Assembly (NCBI RefSeq): GCF_009914755.1
Contig: NC_060945.1
DNA: 64,000 nt
From: the human T2T-CHM13v2.0 reference genome, Homo sapiens
Direction: 5' to 3' (one strand)
Below, one piece after another: positions 14,816 through 28,845 of the stretch; position 1 is the first letter of the stretch; each line of letters starts with the position of its first letter. Below the pieces are notes generated by a model. That model was given only the letters and a program-made list of their open reading frames with translations. It did no database searches and was not told the origin of the DNA. The position numbers were made by a program, and so were the translations under genes.

Positions 14816-16000
14816 AACAGGAGGCTATTGAGAAATAGGTATTTAGAAGAGCTCAGTAAGAATCCACATTTAGCATACAAGGAAGGAACATGGTATGCTG
14901 AGTAGTGAATTATAACTTTTATGTATTCAAGCTTTGGTAAAAGCTGGAATCCCTCTGGGGAAATTAAGAAAAAAAATCCCACTTTGATAGAGGCTGAAAT
15001 TCTTGGTAGTGGAAAGCAGATGAGCCCACTCTGTCTAGCACATATAGCAGTTTCCCTCTCTTTAAATTGGATAAGTCTGGCCTGGAAACTAGAAATCTCG
15101 GTTGACAGCCATAAACCACTTAGAAGTAGTCAGAATTACAGTCATTTGCAATATACCATACCCTATAAGAAGAGCATCTCCTTAATCATAATATCCAACT
15201 CTCAGACTATCCTTTTATAGACATTGAGGCTACAAAGGCATTTTCTTGATGGATTCCATGGTCCCGGGAACTTCTCAGAATCTGCATGGCTTATTCTGGG
15301 AAATTTGCCAGACCTCAGCCTTTTAAATTTGTGTAACTTACATGATGAATAGTGTATTGTGTAGGAAAGCCTATCAGAATAAACCAAATATTTCTTCTTT
15401 CCTTATGATTAGAAAACCTGTAGTTTGTCTCTCCGAGTTAGGCATTACATTATGTTTCCTCTGGGTTCATTTCATTTTATAATTTAAAAAAACTATAGTG
15501 TATTATTGTCTATCTGTGCCATTATTTTCCTTGAGTTTAAAGATGTCACATCAAACAGAACTCTTTTTTGAACTGAATCTCTATTACTGGGGACCTGCAC
15601 GTTTTGAAGCTGGCTAGGACTAAACATTTTCTTCATACCAGCTGTCACAAATAATTCAGTCTGCTAAATTCTAATACACTGGCAGAATGGGTGAGCAGTC
15701 CCTTGAAAAGAGAATTTTAAATATCAGTCTCTTCTCTCTTATATCAGTGTTCAGAAATTCCAGTGAAAACATTTGGGGAAGCAGACAGAATTAGTAATAA
15801 TGGAATTAGAGTGCTTTCCACATGCCCATTTTGTGTTGATCTGCATTTAGGTGGAGGTTAGAACTCAGTCCCTAAGTCTTGAAAGTTTGATGGCATGCAG
15901 AGCAATGTACTGAGACTATGGGTCCCAGTCCTCAGGAATCTTATTGCCTCACCCCTCAAGAAGAAACCAATGGTACTAGTAACGACAAAATGCTGGAGAC

Positions 16001-16463
16001 TGTATTAGTTTCTTTTTGCTGCTGTAACAACACAAAATTATTATCTTATAGTTCTGGGGGTGAGAAATCTGATGTGATCTCGGCTAAAAATTAAGGTATT
16101 GGTATGACTGGATTCATTCTGGAGTGCTCTATAGGATTATATGTTTGCTTTACTCTTCCAGCTTCTAGAGGCGTCACATTACTTGACTCATGGACCCCTC
16201 TCAACTTTACAACCAGCAATGGTTGGCCAAGTCTTTCTCATGTTGCGTCACTCTGACAGTGACTTATGCCTCCCTCTTCCACATTTAAGGACCCTTGTGA
16301 TTACATGGGCCACCCAAGTAATCCAGGATGATGGATCCAGCCAATTGGCAGTTTTAATTCCATCTGTAATCTTAATTCTCACTTGCTACATAGCCTAACA
16401 TAGTCACAGGTTCTGGGGATTACGATGTGGACATCTTGGGAGGTTGTTCTTCCATCTACCACA
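16001..16463 (-). mobile_element. MLT1 (C/D-like) MaLR LTR
   Basis: tgtattagtttc...ggattacgatgtggacatcttgggagg...ctaccaca. Confidence 0.75.
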
Positions 16464-16638
16464 GAAGAGAGTAAATATATCCCAGAGGTCAGTCACGTGT
16501 CCTCTTCTGATCAGAAAGGTAGGAGGCTTAGTTCTGAACTGTGCTGCTCTGTAAGTGTATTTTACTGAGTCATTCTGGCACTGGGTGCAGTGAGAGACAA
16601 TGCAAATTGCAAACCGTATCCAATTTCTGCCTCATTAC

Positions 16639-17738
16639 TGTTACCAAAATGCCAGGGGCCTGCTGCTCACCACACAGAAAGCTGATCACTGAGACAATGA
16701 GTATTATCAGGGAAGAAGGCTTTCATTGCGTACTGCTGCCAAGGAGATGGGATGCAAGTCTCAAATTGGGGGTTCATATAGCAGGGAAGTAATGTAGCCA
16801 CATATATTGTGTTAGTTTACTCTCACATTGCTATAAAGAACTACCCAGCCAGACATGGTGGCTCACACCTGTAATCCCAGCACTTTGGGACGTCAAGGCA
16901 GGTGGATCATTTGAGGTCAGGAGTTTGAGTTAGCCTGGCCAACATGGTGAAACTCCATCTCTATTAAAAATACAAAAATCAACCTGGTGTGGTGGTGGGC
17001 ACCTGTAGTCAGTCCCAACTACTTAGGCAACTGAGGCAGAAGAATTGCTTGAACCCAGGAGATGGAGGTTGCAGTCAGCCGAGATCATGCCACTGCACTC
17101 CAGGCTGGGCAACAGACTGAGACTCTGTCTCAAAAATAAATAAGTAAATAAATAAAATAAGAACTACCTGAGACTGGGTAATTTATAAAGAAAAGAGACT
17201 CAATTGGCTCACAATTCCACAGGCTGTACAGGAAGCATGTTGGGGAAGCCCCAGGAAACTTACAATCATGGCAGAAGGGTCAAGGGGAAGCAAGCACGTC
17301 TTCACATGGCATCAGGAGAGAAAGGGCAAAGGGGGAGCTCCTACGCACTTTCAAATAACCAGATCTCATGAGAACTCTATCATGAGAACAGCAAGGGGGA
17401 AGTCCACCCCCATGATGCAATCATCTCCCACCAGCTCCCTTCCCCAACATTGGGAATTACAATTCAACATGAGATTTGGGTGGGGACACAGAGCCAAACC
17501 ATAACATACAGGAAATCAGGAATTAGGGGGATGTAAGGAAGAGGAGTTGTCTAAATGCAGTGATCTGGTGAGTTTCAGTTTCTTGATACTATCTGGGACG
17601 TCTGGTGGTCAGTTTCCTGGGAAAGATACTCAAATTAGACAAATGTAAGTTTCAAGTTTTAAGACCAGGAGAGTCAGTTTCTATGTTTACTCAAAAAGAT
17701 CACAAACATCAGTTCTACAAGGAAATTAGCCAGTTTCA
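16639..17738 (-). mobile_element. MER31-like ERV1 LTR containing nested MST LTR and Alu
   Basis: tgttacc...cagtttca termini, TSD ttac/ttat, interrupted at 16808-17506. Confidence 0.65.
16808..17506 (-). mobile_element. MSTA-like MaLR LTR (interrupted by AluS 16846-17160)
   Basis: tgtgttagt...gctataaagaactacc[Alu]tgagactgggtaatttataaag...gagccaaaccataaca. Alu TSD aagaactacc. Confidence 0.85.
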
Positions 17739-17889
17739 TTATTTCCTCCATTACCCCCTAAACCTGAGCATGAAATTGTCATCTTTTCCAGTAGCTGGGA
17801 AAAGCTAAAGATCTTGATTTTAAATGGCAAATCTAAAGATCTTAAGAAGGGCATCAAGCAGATGCCCTTCCCACTCTTCCATCAAGGAA

Positions 17890-18125
17890 AAGTGTCTGCT
17901 TCCTTGTTCATAGATGATGCCTTCTTGTTGTGTGCTCACATGGTAGAAGGGCAAGGGGCCTCTCTCAGGCCCCTTTTATAAGGGCACTAATCCCATTCCT
18001 GAGGGCTCCACCCCTCTGACCTAATCACTTCCCAAATAACTTCCCACCTTGTAATACCGTCACCTTAGTGGTTAGAATTTCAACATATGAATTTGTAGGA
18101 GACACGAACATTCACAGCATAGTAG
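17890..18125 (-). mobile_element. MLT1A-type LTR fragment
   Basis: ttataagggcactaatcccatt...atttcaacatatgaattt. Confidence 0.7.
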
Positions 18126-18129
18126 ATAC

Positions 18130-18272
18130 GCACCACATCGATGCAAGATATTAACAGCAGGGGAAATGCATGCAGAAGGACAGGGGATATAGGAACTTGC
18201 TGTATTTTCAGCTCAATATCTCTATAAACCTAAAACAGCTCTAAAATATAAACTCTATTTAAAAAACAAAAA
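18130..18272 (+). mobile_element. Old L1 3' end fragment
   Basis: gcaagatattaacagcagggga...ctataaacctaaaacagctctaaaa. Confidence 0.55.
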
Positions 18273-19994
18273 TGCTGTCTAGCCAGTGTCTTTTAGGGTC
18301 CAGATGTGGGGGCCATTTACATTTTGGACTGCGTAGCATAAAGGAAAATTATGTAAAGCATGAACTGTGTAAGCTCTGACAACATGTCCTTGTGGGCAGG
18401 AGCAGACTGCAATTTCTGAGGCATATAAAACACGGGGTCCTCTGCAGGAAAAGAATAAATACAAAATGAAGTAGGAAATAAAATACTTATTTGGAAGAGG
18501 CTTTGCAAGTGAGGGATCCTGACACTTAAGTTTCATTAACTTTATGACATCTATCTTGGCTTGTGCGTGCTGACACAGAGAAAGTAGGGGTTCTGAGGGA
18601 GGACAGAATGCCATAAACACAGAGAGAGAGGCAAAGCCGAGAGACCCAGAGAAAGGGAGAGAAATCATTTGAGGGCCTTCCTTTCTACTTTTTTGTTGCA
18701 GGTTTTATTTTCTTGTGAAGCCGAAATTTGCTACCCATGAGTATTACCAACAACGTGCCCCTGTTAGCTTAAACTAATGTGTTGGAACCAAATACCCAGC
18801 AGACGCAATATCCCTTATGAGGAGGGGAGGGGCAGTTGGAAGTGGTTCCATTTTGTAAGTGGCACCACTGAGGCAGAAAGCCAAGCAGTAACCTGCTCAA
18901 GAAAGGCAGTATAGTATGGATGGTTCAAACAGAGCCTACTTCTTTGATTTTCAGTCCAATGGTCTCTTCATTGTCTTTGGAGGGGAGTTAACACCTCCTG
19001 AGAAAGCCAGTGCATTACGATCTCATTACTTATTCTCTGCCCACATGACTGGTTCTGAGGTTCCTTGAAATTCAATTCTGTCTCCGTTGGAGACTGAGAA
19101 ATAATGAACTGAGGATAAACCAGGGTAGGTGTCATCACAAGATGACATTTTTGACAGTATGTCCAGAGGCCGCTGTTCATTACAGTTGCTTGTTGAGACC
19201 TCCTCCTGCCTTCCACTGGAGTGATGTGCAGTGAGGGTATTTCTGTAACTTTTCCTCCAGGAAGTTTCCTTTCCACTTTGATGTAACAGAGGAAACAGAC
19301 AGTCTTAATTTAAGCTGAATTCAACTGTAGGCTCCTTAAGCCCTAGAGTTAGGATACAACTGGACAATGTGGCAAAAGACATAACACATACCGCAGATTT
19401 GTTAGAAAGAATGCATGCGGCAAGCGTTGGCCAATTATTCCGGTGTCACCTGGGGTGGCATGTTATTTTATGCTGTGGCGCTATTGCTAGTGATGGCCGC
19501 TGTGTATTTGCTCTCCAAATCCATGGAGATAGTTCAATGCCTTTTTACTGTGTACACTTGGCAGCTGCTAACTGCAGACATAAGAACAGAATCTCTGAGG
19601 GTAGATGGAGAAGCAAGTTATGTGACCATTTTTCTGTGTTCTCAATGCCCTCACTATACGTAAAAGTAAAGAATACAATTTCACACTCTCTCTCTTTTTA
19701 AGCAATTATAAGATGTCCAGGTCAGTGCTGAGAGATTTCCAAACACTAGCACAAAAAGTTCCTGAAAGTGGTCTTGGATAGGAGGAATGATTACTCTCTC
19801 CACTGAGGCAGGTGGAGAAGTGGCAGACACAGAATTCAAACCTAGGTCTCCCCGACTGCAGTGATCTGTTGCCCACCCACTGTTCAACCTTCCATTATAG
19901 TACTCACCGAATGCCTTCCCAGATGGGGTCCTCAAGTCCCTGCACCATGTGTCATCTTTGTATCTATAATATCTAGCTCAGTTCTTCTTACTTT

Positions 19995-20142
19995 CTGACA
20001 CAGCGCCTCACTCTGTTGCTCAGGCTGGAGTGCAGTGACACCACATAACTCACTGCAGTCTTGATTTCTCGGGTTCAAGCTATCCTCCCCTGTCAGCCTC
20101 CCAAGTAGCTGGAATGACAGGTGTGAGCCACCATGTCTAGCC
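19995..20142 (-). mobile_element. Alu monomer/AluJ fragment
   Basis: Single diverged Alu arm. Confidence 0.75.
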
Positions 20143-21574
20143 TCAACGCTTCTTAAAGGAAGTGAGTGAATGAATGAGTTGTAGCCCCAGCTTTGATCGA
20201 GTTGCTCAGAATGTCATAAAAAAGGTGGCCATGTGGATGTTTTGGTGTCCTTTTTCCAGGGGGATTTCTTCCTGTGCTGGAGGTTCTCTCTTGAAAGTTA
20301 ATGGGTCTCAGCACAGTGCCTGAAGTGATTTGTGGGTTGGATCCTCTTAGGCAAGAGCCCATCTGTGGGAATCAATGTTTGGCTTATCCAGTAGACAAAT
20401 TAGTCTGACATCACTATCCCTTTGAGGGACAGGCTGTTGTCTCCTTGTCAAGAGTGGATCATTTGCTGTTTAGTTTTCCTTCGGTACAGAAGGGCTTGGG
20501 TTTGGGGGTGAGTGATTCAGCACTTGGTTAATCAGCTATTCTGCATGGCATCAATGTTTTTGAATTTTTGAAATAAGTCTTGTGGATTCCTCTCCACTCC
20601 TCTTCTGTTTAGCACCACCTACACCTTGGTAACTCTGTCTGCTGACACTCGTTCTCCTTCAGTTTCTCCCCCACATTCCCTTTCTGCTGCCTGATGAATC
20701 TCTGGGGAAAAACTACCTCTCAAGGTTTTCCTGTCAAATGTTCCCTGGTAATGAGAACAGAGCTGAGTTTTTGGGTCGTTGCTATGGAGAAAGTGTGTTT
20801 TCTCATTGCCCTATTATATTTGAGTATGTTCCCAGTCTGAAATCTGTGGGTGACACTGCATTTGCACCCCCTTTTTAGGTCTATTGTATCTCAATTATAT
20901 AAGCCTCAGTGTGCTTTTTTTTGTTTTATTTTTAACAGTTTTTATGTTCCCCTTTTACCACCCAGTATAACAGGTGGCCTCACGTCAGTGGTTGAGGTTG
21001 AAGACCATGAACCTAATATCTCTCCTGCATTATATTGCATGCATTCTGCTGCTCTTCATGCAGAAAGAAAACATTCAATTTTTAGATTCATGTGAACACT
21101 ACAGAAATAACTAATATGTGATGAACACTGGCTCCTTCCATACTTCTCACATCTATTGGCTATTCCTGTGCTTCTAACTAGTTTTTATTTAACAACATTG
21201 AATGCTTAGGCACTGATAGATTCTAGAGCTTTACCTTTCTTTCTTCCTTTTTTTTTTTTTTTTTATAGCTGAAACCTTTCTTCTATGGAAATGGTATGAA
21301 AACCCGACAGGGAAAACAAATAACCGAGGTGAGAGAAAGGGGCTCAGAGCTCACCACTGCTCTTGTTCCTTGCAGGGGTCCGTCAGGTTCATCCACAGAA
21401 CATCTTGGGCTGGCAGAGTTCAGATGGAAACCCACTCTACAAGTTGCCACAAAAATGAACAGACTACACGGATTTTGGGAGCTTACAGCTGAACGGGGAA
21501 AATGTTATGTGATCAACACGCAACTCATAGTCAAACAATGTCCTAATTGCTTTAAGAGCAGTAAGGTAGACCCT

Positions 21575-21810
21575 GAGTGTCAGACAGTATGGTAGATAGG
21601 GCAGTGGGCATTGGAGATCTGGTCAGAATCCTGATTCTTCAACTCTCTCTGAGCAAATCAACTTGAACAACTTGAACTTCTTTGAATCTGTTTCTGACTT
21701 GTAAAATGAAGATAATGTGACCTACTTAACTTTTTCCAGATTTGTTGACAGGATCAGGCATACGATTGAGTGCAAAGTACTTAATCCAGTGTCTGGCTTA
21801 TTGTCAAAGA
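21575..21810 (+). mobile_element. MIR
   Basis: tctgtttctgacttgtaaaatgaagataat core. Confidence 0.55.
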
Positions 21811-22108
21811 GAGTATTGATAAAGACATTCCTCACAAGAATAATAGCTACCACCATTGATTGCTTTCTATGTAGTAGTCACAGCACTAGACAGAACTAGG
21901 AGTCTTGCCTCAGTCATCTCAGTGTCTTCTCTAAGCCTCTTCATGAGAAATCTTACAAATCAGGTCATTAAAATACAGGCTTAATATCTTATTCATGTAT
22001 TTATTCATTCATACAACAAATATTTACTGAGCAGCTCTTAAATGCTAGGCACTGGTCTAGTCTTGGGGGACACTACAGAGATCTCTGCCCTCATAGATTA
22101 GATGTTGC

Positions 22109-22415
<307 letters not shown>

Positions 22416-25010
22416 TAATGGAGTAAACAGACTATAAAACAGTTGTATTACTTGGATGGTGGTTCAAACAGAAGGAAATCTCTGAGATGACCCTCAGGTT
22501 TTAATCTTGATGTTTTTACCTGATAATCAAGATCTGGCTTTGCTCAAGGAATCTACTCCATATTTACCCTCTGAGTTCTGAGATGATTCTTTTCTCCTGG
22601 AGTTCATAATCATGTCACAAATGCCACATTTATCAATACATGTGATTTAAGGTCCCATATCATCTCTTTGAAAAAAACTTGCTTGGAGATTCTGTGCTTG
22701 TTCATGCTTCCCAATTCAGTCCATGCATCCAATCCAATTTTAAATGTCTTCTCTTCTGGGAAACTGTCCTAAGTCCTTTAGGTCTCCCCTGATCCTAGTA
22801 CAGACTTATGTCTGTCATAGCAGTAAGCCTTCAATATCCCAATTCGTTGTTTATGTATCTCCCTCCTTACTGTTCTCTGTGTTTCTTGAAGGCAAGGACC
22901 GTCTTTTATTTATTCCCTTTGTATCCCCAGAATCTAGCACATATAGCACTCCATTTTTTTAAGCTGATGATGAAGAAAAAGACCAATAAAAGATCTGTAG
23001 AAATACTATATGCGTATTTACACAAATGTCTATACTTAGGGGGAAAGTACAGCTGAATCTTTCAATATGTTTTACCACCTGCTCTGTAGATGCTGTAGAT
23101 TGGTGGCTATAACTTGTGGGTCTCTGTGGTTGGTGAAGGTGGTGGTCAACTTGGTATTTCTAAACAGGTCTTTGTTTGCATTTATCTATCTGCATTTGCT
23201 TACCGCGAGCTATGATATTTAGAAATGTGCTTCTAATACTGTTATCTCAAAGTTCTTGCTCTGGAATGTAAGCATCTTGATTTAGATACAGAGAATGATA
23301 GGCAATGAAACCTGCCTGAAACGAATTAGCTAATTGGTTTCAGTTCTCCTAAAGAATGAATTTTCATCTCTGTCCTGTCTTCTTTCTTCAGATCAGTTCA
23401 GGACCTTTCTGATGTGATTTATCATAACAGAACTGTAATTTACATCAACCATCTGAATGTCCCTATGTAAGTGGATCGGGGATTACTTTTACTTGCTTCT
23501 TGCGTGACTCAATTTTGGAGAACACTCAACTGTTTACTGTCAGAATCTGTTCTCGAATGAGACAGATGTAATATGAAAAGTTAACAGTGGCCTGTGTCTC
23601 TATGATGTTTGCTCCCTCAATCTGTTATGCATTGTTTTCTCAAAAGTCATTTTCTAACTCCCGTGAATGTGATTCATTGATGATCTCTGCTTCAGACTAT
23701 AAAGAGGGCTTAGAAAGAAGTAAACACTCAAGAGTTTAACTGGCTTAGTGTTTGGAGTTGCCCTTACTGGGCTCAAAGGATGCCACTTGCCTGTAATAAC
23801 CAGCCACCCCAAGTCAGAGCCAGATGGAGGTGTGGGACTACAGGCAGAATATTAAGTTTGGCACCTTTCCAAACAAAAGTTCTTTAAATATTTTCCAGCA
23901 TAGGTAAAGAGGAGAGGCTAAGAGCTGTGTTGGAGCAGGAAAAGGAAGGAGGACATGGGGGTTGTGCTCAGTTTCTTTGCTATTGCTCCAAGAAACTCAG
24001 CTTTGGCCCCAGCTTTTGTAACCCACATAGCTAAACAAACTGAGCAGGTTACCACATCTTCTTCTTGGGCCTTGTCTCATCTCTCACCCTAGCAGCAGCT
24101 TCTCAAAGTATTCTTCCCCATCACATGGAGTATCTTCTGAGATGTGCACAAAGTACCCCTTTCTCCATCTAGTCCATGTCTAGTGAAGTTTTTTTTTTCT
24201 AATCATGTATTAGTGTCTCTTACAGACTGAAACCTGGGACAGAGGCCTCATGCCCCTTGTCAGTCTTGCTCCAGATAAAAATCTCATTTATGTGACACAC
24301 TTTATCCTTTAATTCTTCAAGCCTGTACTTTGCACATCAAGCTTCTACAAGAGTAGTTGGTGCTTTTGTCCTGAAGTCAAATTCTATGCTTTGTTCTCAA
24401 GTGGGTCATGGACCCCATCACTAAAGCACAGAAGAGAAACCGCTGCCTCCTTTGGGCCTATCTATATTCCGCTGGGCTATAGGCCTCACATCTTCACCAT
24501 GCAGTATAGTCCTCATGACCTTACAGCCACACACCCTAGCCCCACTGCTCTGAAATCCTTGGACCAGCCATATGTGCCATGCAACATTACCTTGCCTGCA
24601 CTCTGGCTTGTCACCTTTTCAAACAGCAGAGGAGCCTTTGCTTACCCCACCTGTGGGGCTGGTTTTTCCTGTAGCTGAGCAGGACCTTCATAGCCAGTTA
24701 GTATCTGCTTCTCAGATGGGGAAGGTTTACTAAAAGCACTCAACAGAGGCCACTTTCCTGACAGCTGACTGCATCCCCCATGGGCTAAACCATCTAAATC
24801 TCCTTCGGCACCAACCCATTTGCTTTACACCTTTAAGATCTCATACTATGCTCAATTTCTCACCATCATGCCTGAGACTCCGAAGATTAATTCCACCAAG
24901 TCTATGTTAACTGTCCTCTAGTTTTTCTGATGCTCTGTTTGTTTCCTTCACAGAACTTCACATGTTGTAATTATTTTCCTGTTCCTTTGCCTGTTAATTT
25001 CTTTGCCCCT

Positions 25011-27354
25011 TGATACAGTTTGGCTCTTGTGTCCCCATCCAAATCTCATCTCAAATTGTAATCCCCACATGTCCAGGGAGGGACTTGGTAAGAGGTGATT
25101 GGATCATAGGAGTGGTTTCCCCCATGCTGTTCTCCTGATAGTGAGTGAGTTTTCATAAGATCTGATGGCTTAAAAGTGGCACTTCCCCCTTCCCTCTCTC
25201 TCTCTCTCCTGCTGCCATGTAAGACATGCCTTGCTTCCCTTTCATCTTCCACCATGATTGTAAGTTTCCTGAGGCTTCCCCAGCCATGCAGAACTGTGAG
25301 TCAATTAAACCTCTTTTCCTTATAAATTACCCGGTCTTGGGTAGTTTATTATAGCAGTGTGGAAATGGACTAATACAGAAAATTGATACCAGGATAGTGG
25401 AGTACTGCTATAAAGATAACCTGGAAGTGTGAAAGTGACTTTGCAACTGGGTAACAGGCAGAAGTTGAAACAGTTTGGTGAGCTTGGAAGAAGACAGGAA
25501 AATGTGGGAAAGTTTTAAATTTCCTGGAGACTTGTTAATTGGCTTTGACCAAAATGCAGATAGTGATATATGGACGATGAAGTCCAGGCTGAAGTGGTCC
25601 TAGATGGAGATGAAGAACTTATTGGGAACTGGAGTAAAGGTGACTCTTGCTATGCTTTAGCAAAGAGACTGGTGGCATTTTGCCCCTGCCCTAGAGATCT
25701 GTGGAACTTTGAACTTGAGATGATTTAGCGTACCTGGTGGAAGAAATTTCTAAGCAGCAAAGCATTCAAGAGGCGATCTGGCTTTTTCTAAAAGCATACA
25801 GTCAGTCGTATGCATTCACAAATAGATGGTTTGAAATTGGAAGTTAGGTTTAAAAGGGAAGCAGAGCATACAGGTTTGGAAAATTTGCAGCCTGACCATG
25901 AGGTTGAAAAGAAAAACCCATTTTCTGGGGAAGGATTCAAGTCCAAGCCAGCTGCAGAAATTTGCCAATCACCAAGACAATGGGGAAAATATCTCTGAGG
26001 AATTTCAGAGATCTTCAGAGCAGCCCCTCCTATTACAGGCCCAGAGGCCTAGGAGGGAAAAATGGTTTAATGGGCCAGGTGCAGGGTCCCGCTGCTCTGT
26101 GCAGCCTTGGGACTAGGTGCCCTGCATCCCAGCTGCTCCAGTTCCAGCTATAGCTAAAAGGGGCCAAGGTACAGCTCAGGCAGTGGCTTAAGAGGATGCA
26201 AGCTTCCAGCCTTGGCAACTTCCACGTGGTGCTGGGCCTGCAGGTGCAGAGAAGACAAGAGTTGAGCTTTGGAAACCTCCACTTAGATTTCAGAGGATAT
26301 ATGGAAATGCCTGGATATTTAGGCAGAACTCTGTTGCAGGGGAAGAGTCCTCATGGAGAACTTCTACTAGGGCAATGCAGAGGGAAAATGTGGGGTTGGA
26401 GCCCCCACATAGAGTCCCCACTGGGGCACTGCCTAGTGGAGCCGTGAGAAGAGGACCACCGTCCTCCAGACCCCAGAATGGTAAATCCACTGACAGCTTG
26501 CACTGTGCACCTGGAAAAGCCACAGGCACTCAATGCCAGCCTGTGAAAGCAGCTGTGGGGGTGGAACCCTGCAAAGCCACAGGGGTGGAGCTGCCCAAGG
26601 CCATGGGAGCCCACCTCTTGCATCAGCATGCCCTGAATGTGCGACATGGAGTCAAAGAATATTACTTTGGAACTTTAAGATTTAATGAGTGCCCTGTCAG
26701 GTTTTGGACTTGCATGGGGCCTGTGGCCCCTTTGATTTTGGCAATTTCTCCCATTTGGAATGGGAACATCTGCACAATGCCTGTACCCCCATTGTGTCTT
26801 GGAAATAACTAACTTGTTTTTGATTTTATAGGCTTATGAGTAGAAAGGACTTGCCTTGTCTCAGATGAGAGTTTGGACCTAGACAGTTGAGTTAATGCTG
26901 GAGTGAGTTACGACTTTGGAGGACTGTTGGGAAGGCATGATTCATTTTGAAATGTGAAAAGAACATGAGATTTGGGAAGGGCCAGAGGCGGAATAATAAA
27001 GTTTGGCTCTGTATCCCCACCCAAATCTCATCTCTAATTGTAATCCCCAAGTGTCAAGGGAAGGACCTGGTGGGAGATGATTGGATCATGGAGGTGGTTC
27101 CCCCATGCTGTTCTCATCATAGTGAGTGAGTTGAGATCTGATGGTTTTAAAAGTGGCAGTTTCCCCTGCACCGTCTCTCTCTCCTGCCACCATGTAAGAC
27201 ATGCCTTGCTTCCCCTTCACCTTCTGCCATGATTGTAAGTTTTCTGAGGCGCCTCCCCAGCCATGCAGCACTGTGAGTCAATTAAGCCTCTTCCCTTTAT
27301 AAATTACCCAGTCTCGCGCAGTTCATTACAGCCGGGTGAAAATAAACTAATACA
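25011..27354 (+). mobile_element. THE1D-like MaLR element, complete LTR-internal-LTR
   Basis: 5' LTR 25011-25377, internal 25378-26993, 3' LTR 26994-27354, both ending CTAATACA. TSD cccct/tccct. Inserted in an L2. Confidence 0.92.
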
Positions 27355-28845
27355 TCCCTGGTAAACTCTAAGCTTATCAAAAGCTGACAATGTCTAATGG
27401 TTCACTATGATACCCTTGAGCAACTAGCGTAGTGCCTGCACTCATTGGCCTTCAATTATTGTTGAATTAATGAATGAATTTTGCACCCTCATTTTAGATG
27501 GAATGGGATGCTCTAGGAGAATTTGTTCTTGATTTCATGGCCATATGTAGAAAGCCTTGTTCTAGAGGCAGATGGACATACATAATAATTAAACAAGCCA
27601 ATGTTTACATTTGTGTAAAATGCCTATTATCTTGTAGTTGAATCATTTCCAATTTTTCCTAGTATAATTTTCTAATGTGCTAAATTTAGTATTTGTAAAT
27701 GAAGTTTTGAGTTGCCTTAATATTCTCTCTTCTTCTTTTCTTAAATAATTCATGACCTGAAGTACCCTAACCTTTTATTTTCTCTACTTGTTCTTTCCTA
27801 CTGTAATTTTTTAAAATCTCAGGCAACCTGAGAGGCAGCTGAATTCTTTTGTCATGTTGTATCATGTCAGCATTACCACACAAGTTTCTCCAGAGGCTGT
27901 CTTGTAATTACACTTGATTGGCTGATTATTCCTGAAAGGCAAAATAAATTTTACAGCTGTCTAGGTAAACTTTAAAAACATCCTCCAAAATGTGATATGT
28001 GTGAGGCCTGCCTTGGGATCATGACTTTCGATGGAACTAAACCAATGGTCAATGACCCATCATGGTATAGGCAAGTTCACCATCATCAAGAAATCAGTCT
28101 TTTTTGTCCTGTGCCTTCAATCTGATATTTCTCTCTACTAGAGAGCAAGAACATCTAGTCCCAAAGCCTATAGAGAATGTTAGTGGTTGCCTAGCAACAT
28201 CATTTCCAGCACAAGTTTGTGGCTTTCTAAGCAAGGGAAGGGGGTAACCTTCCTGTCTTTCTCAGCTCCCTGTGAGTCTCTTGTATTTTTTTCTACTATG
28301 TTGACCTCTGGCTGATTGAAAACATATAAGATGATGTGTGGAAAAACTCTTTCAGATAGTTAAGTGTGAATACAAGATGGGATTATCACCTCTCATGAAA
28401 GCCCATTCTAGTCCCCGATTCTTTAGCGCAGTGTCTTTGCAGTCAGAATATGAATCGCTCGTTGCCAATTTTTGGTATATTCTGATGCGAGCAGAACTGC
28501 AAATGTTGGCCCCGACAAGCAAATTAACCACCTCCTAAATTATTTTGTTTTTTCTTCTGGAGATAAGTGGCCTGTTTTGTGGTCTGTTCTGTTGGTCCCC
28601 TGTCTCTCATTCCCCAAGCACTGCAAGGTTGATTTTTAAGAATATGTATTGGTGATTGCTGCTATTTCCAAGTGAGTTTGATTTACCTACTTTGTTTATT
28701 TTAGGTATCATGCACTTTCTATTTGTTGAGCCTCCTTAACTATTTCTCCTTATGTTTCACGTCTTCAAAACTTTTGTGTCATGCATCTGCCAAGCCAAAA
28801 TCAGGAGTTCAATAAAGTCACTTGAGAATTATAAAAACATTTAGT

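Noticed and set aside
16639-17738. Triple nested LTR>MST>Alu as a novel composite element
   Set aside because: Explained by ordinary sequential insertion. The Alu and the outer LTR have their own TSDs.
19415-19663. 82-aa ORF with hydrophobic stretch (possible microprotein) in unique DNA
   Set aside because: Weak start context, no recognisable homology, promoter or splice structure. Its length is expected by chance. Ribo-seq or PhyloCSF would be needed.
26375-26812. 145-aa ORF in THE1 internal region
   Set aside because: A remnant of the decayed MaLR internal ORF, surrounded by stops and frameshifts.
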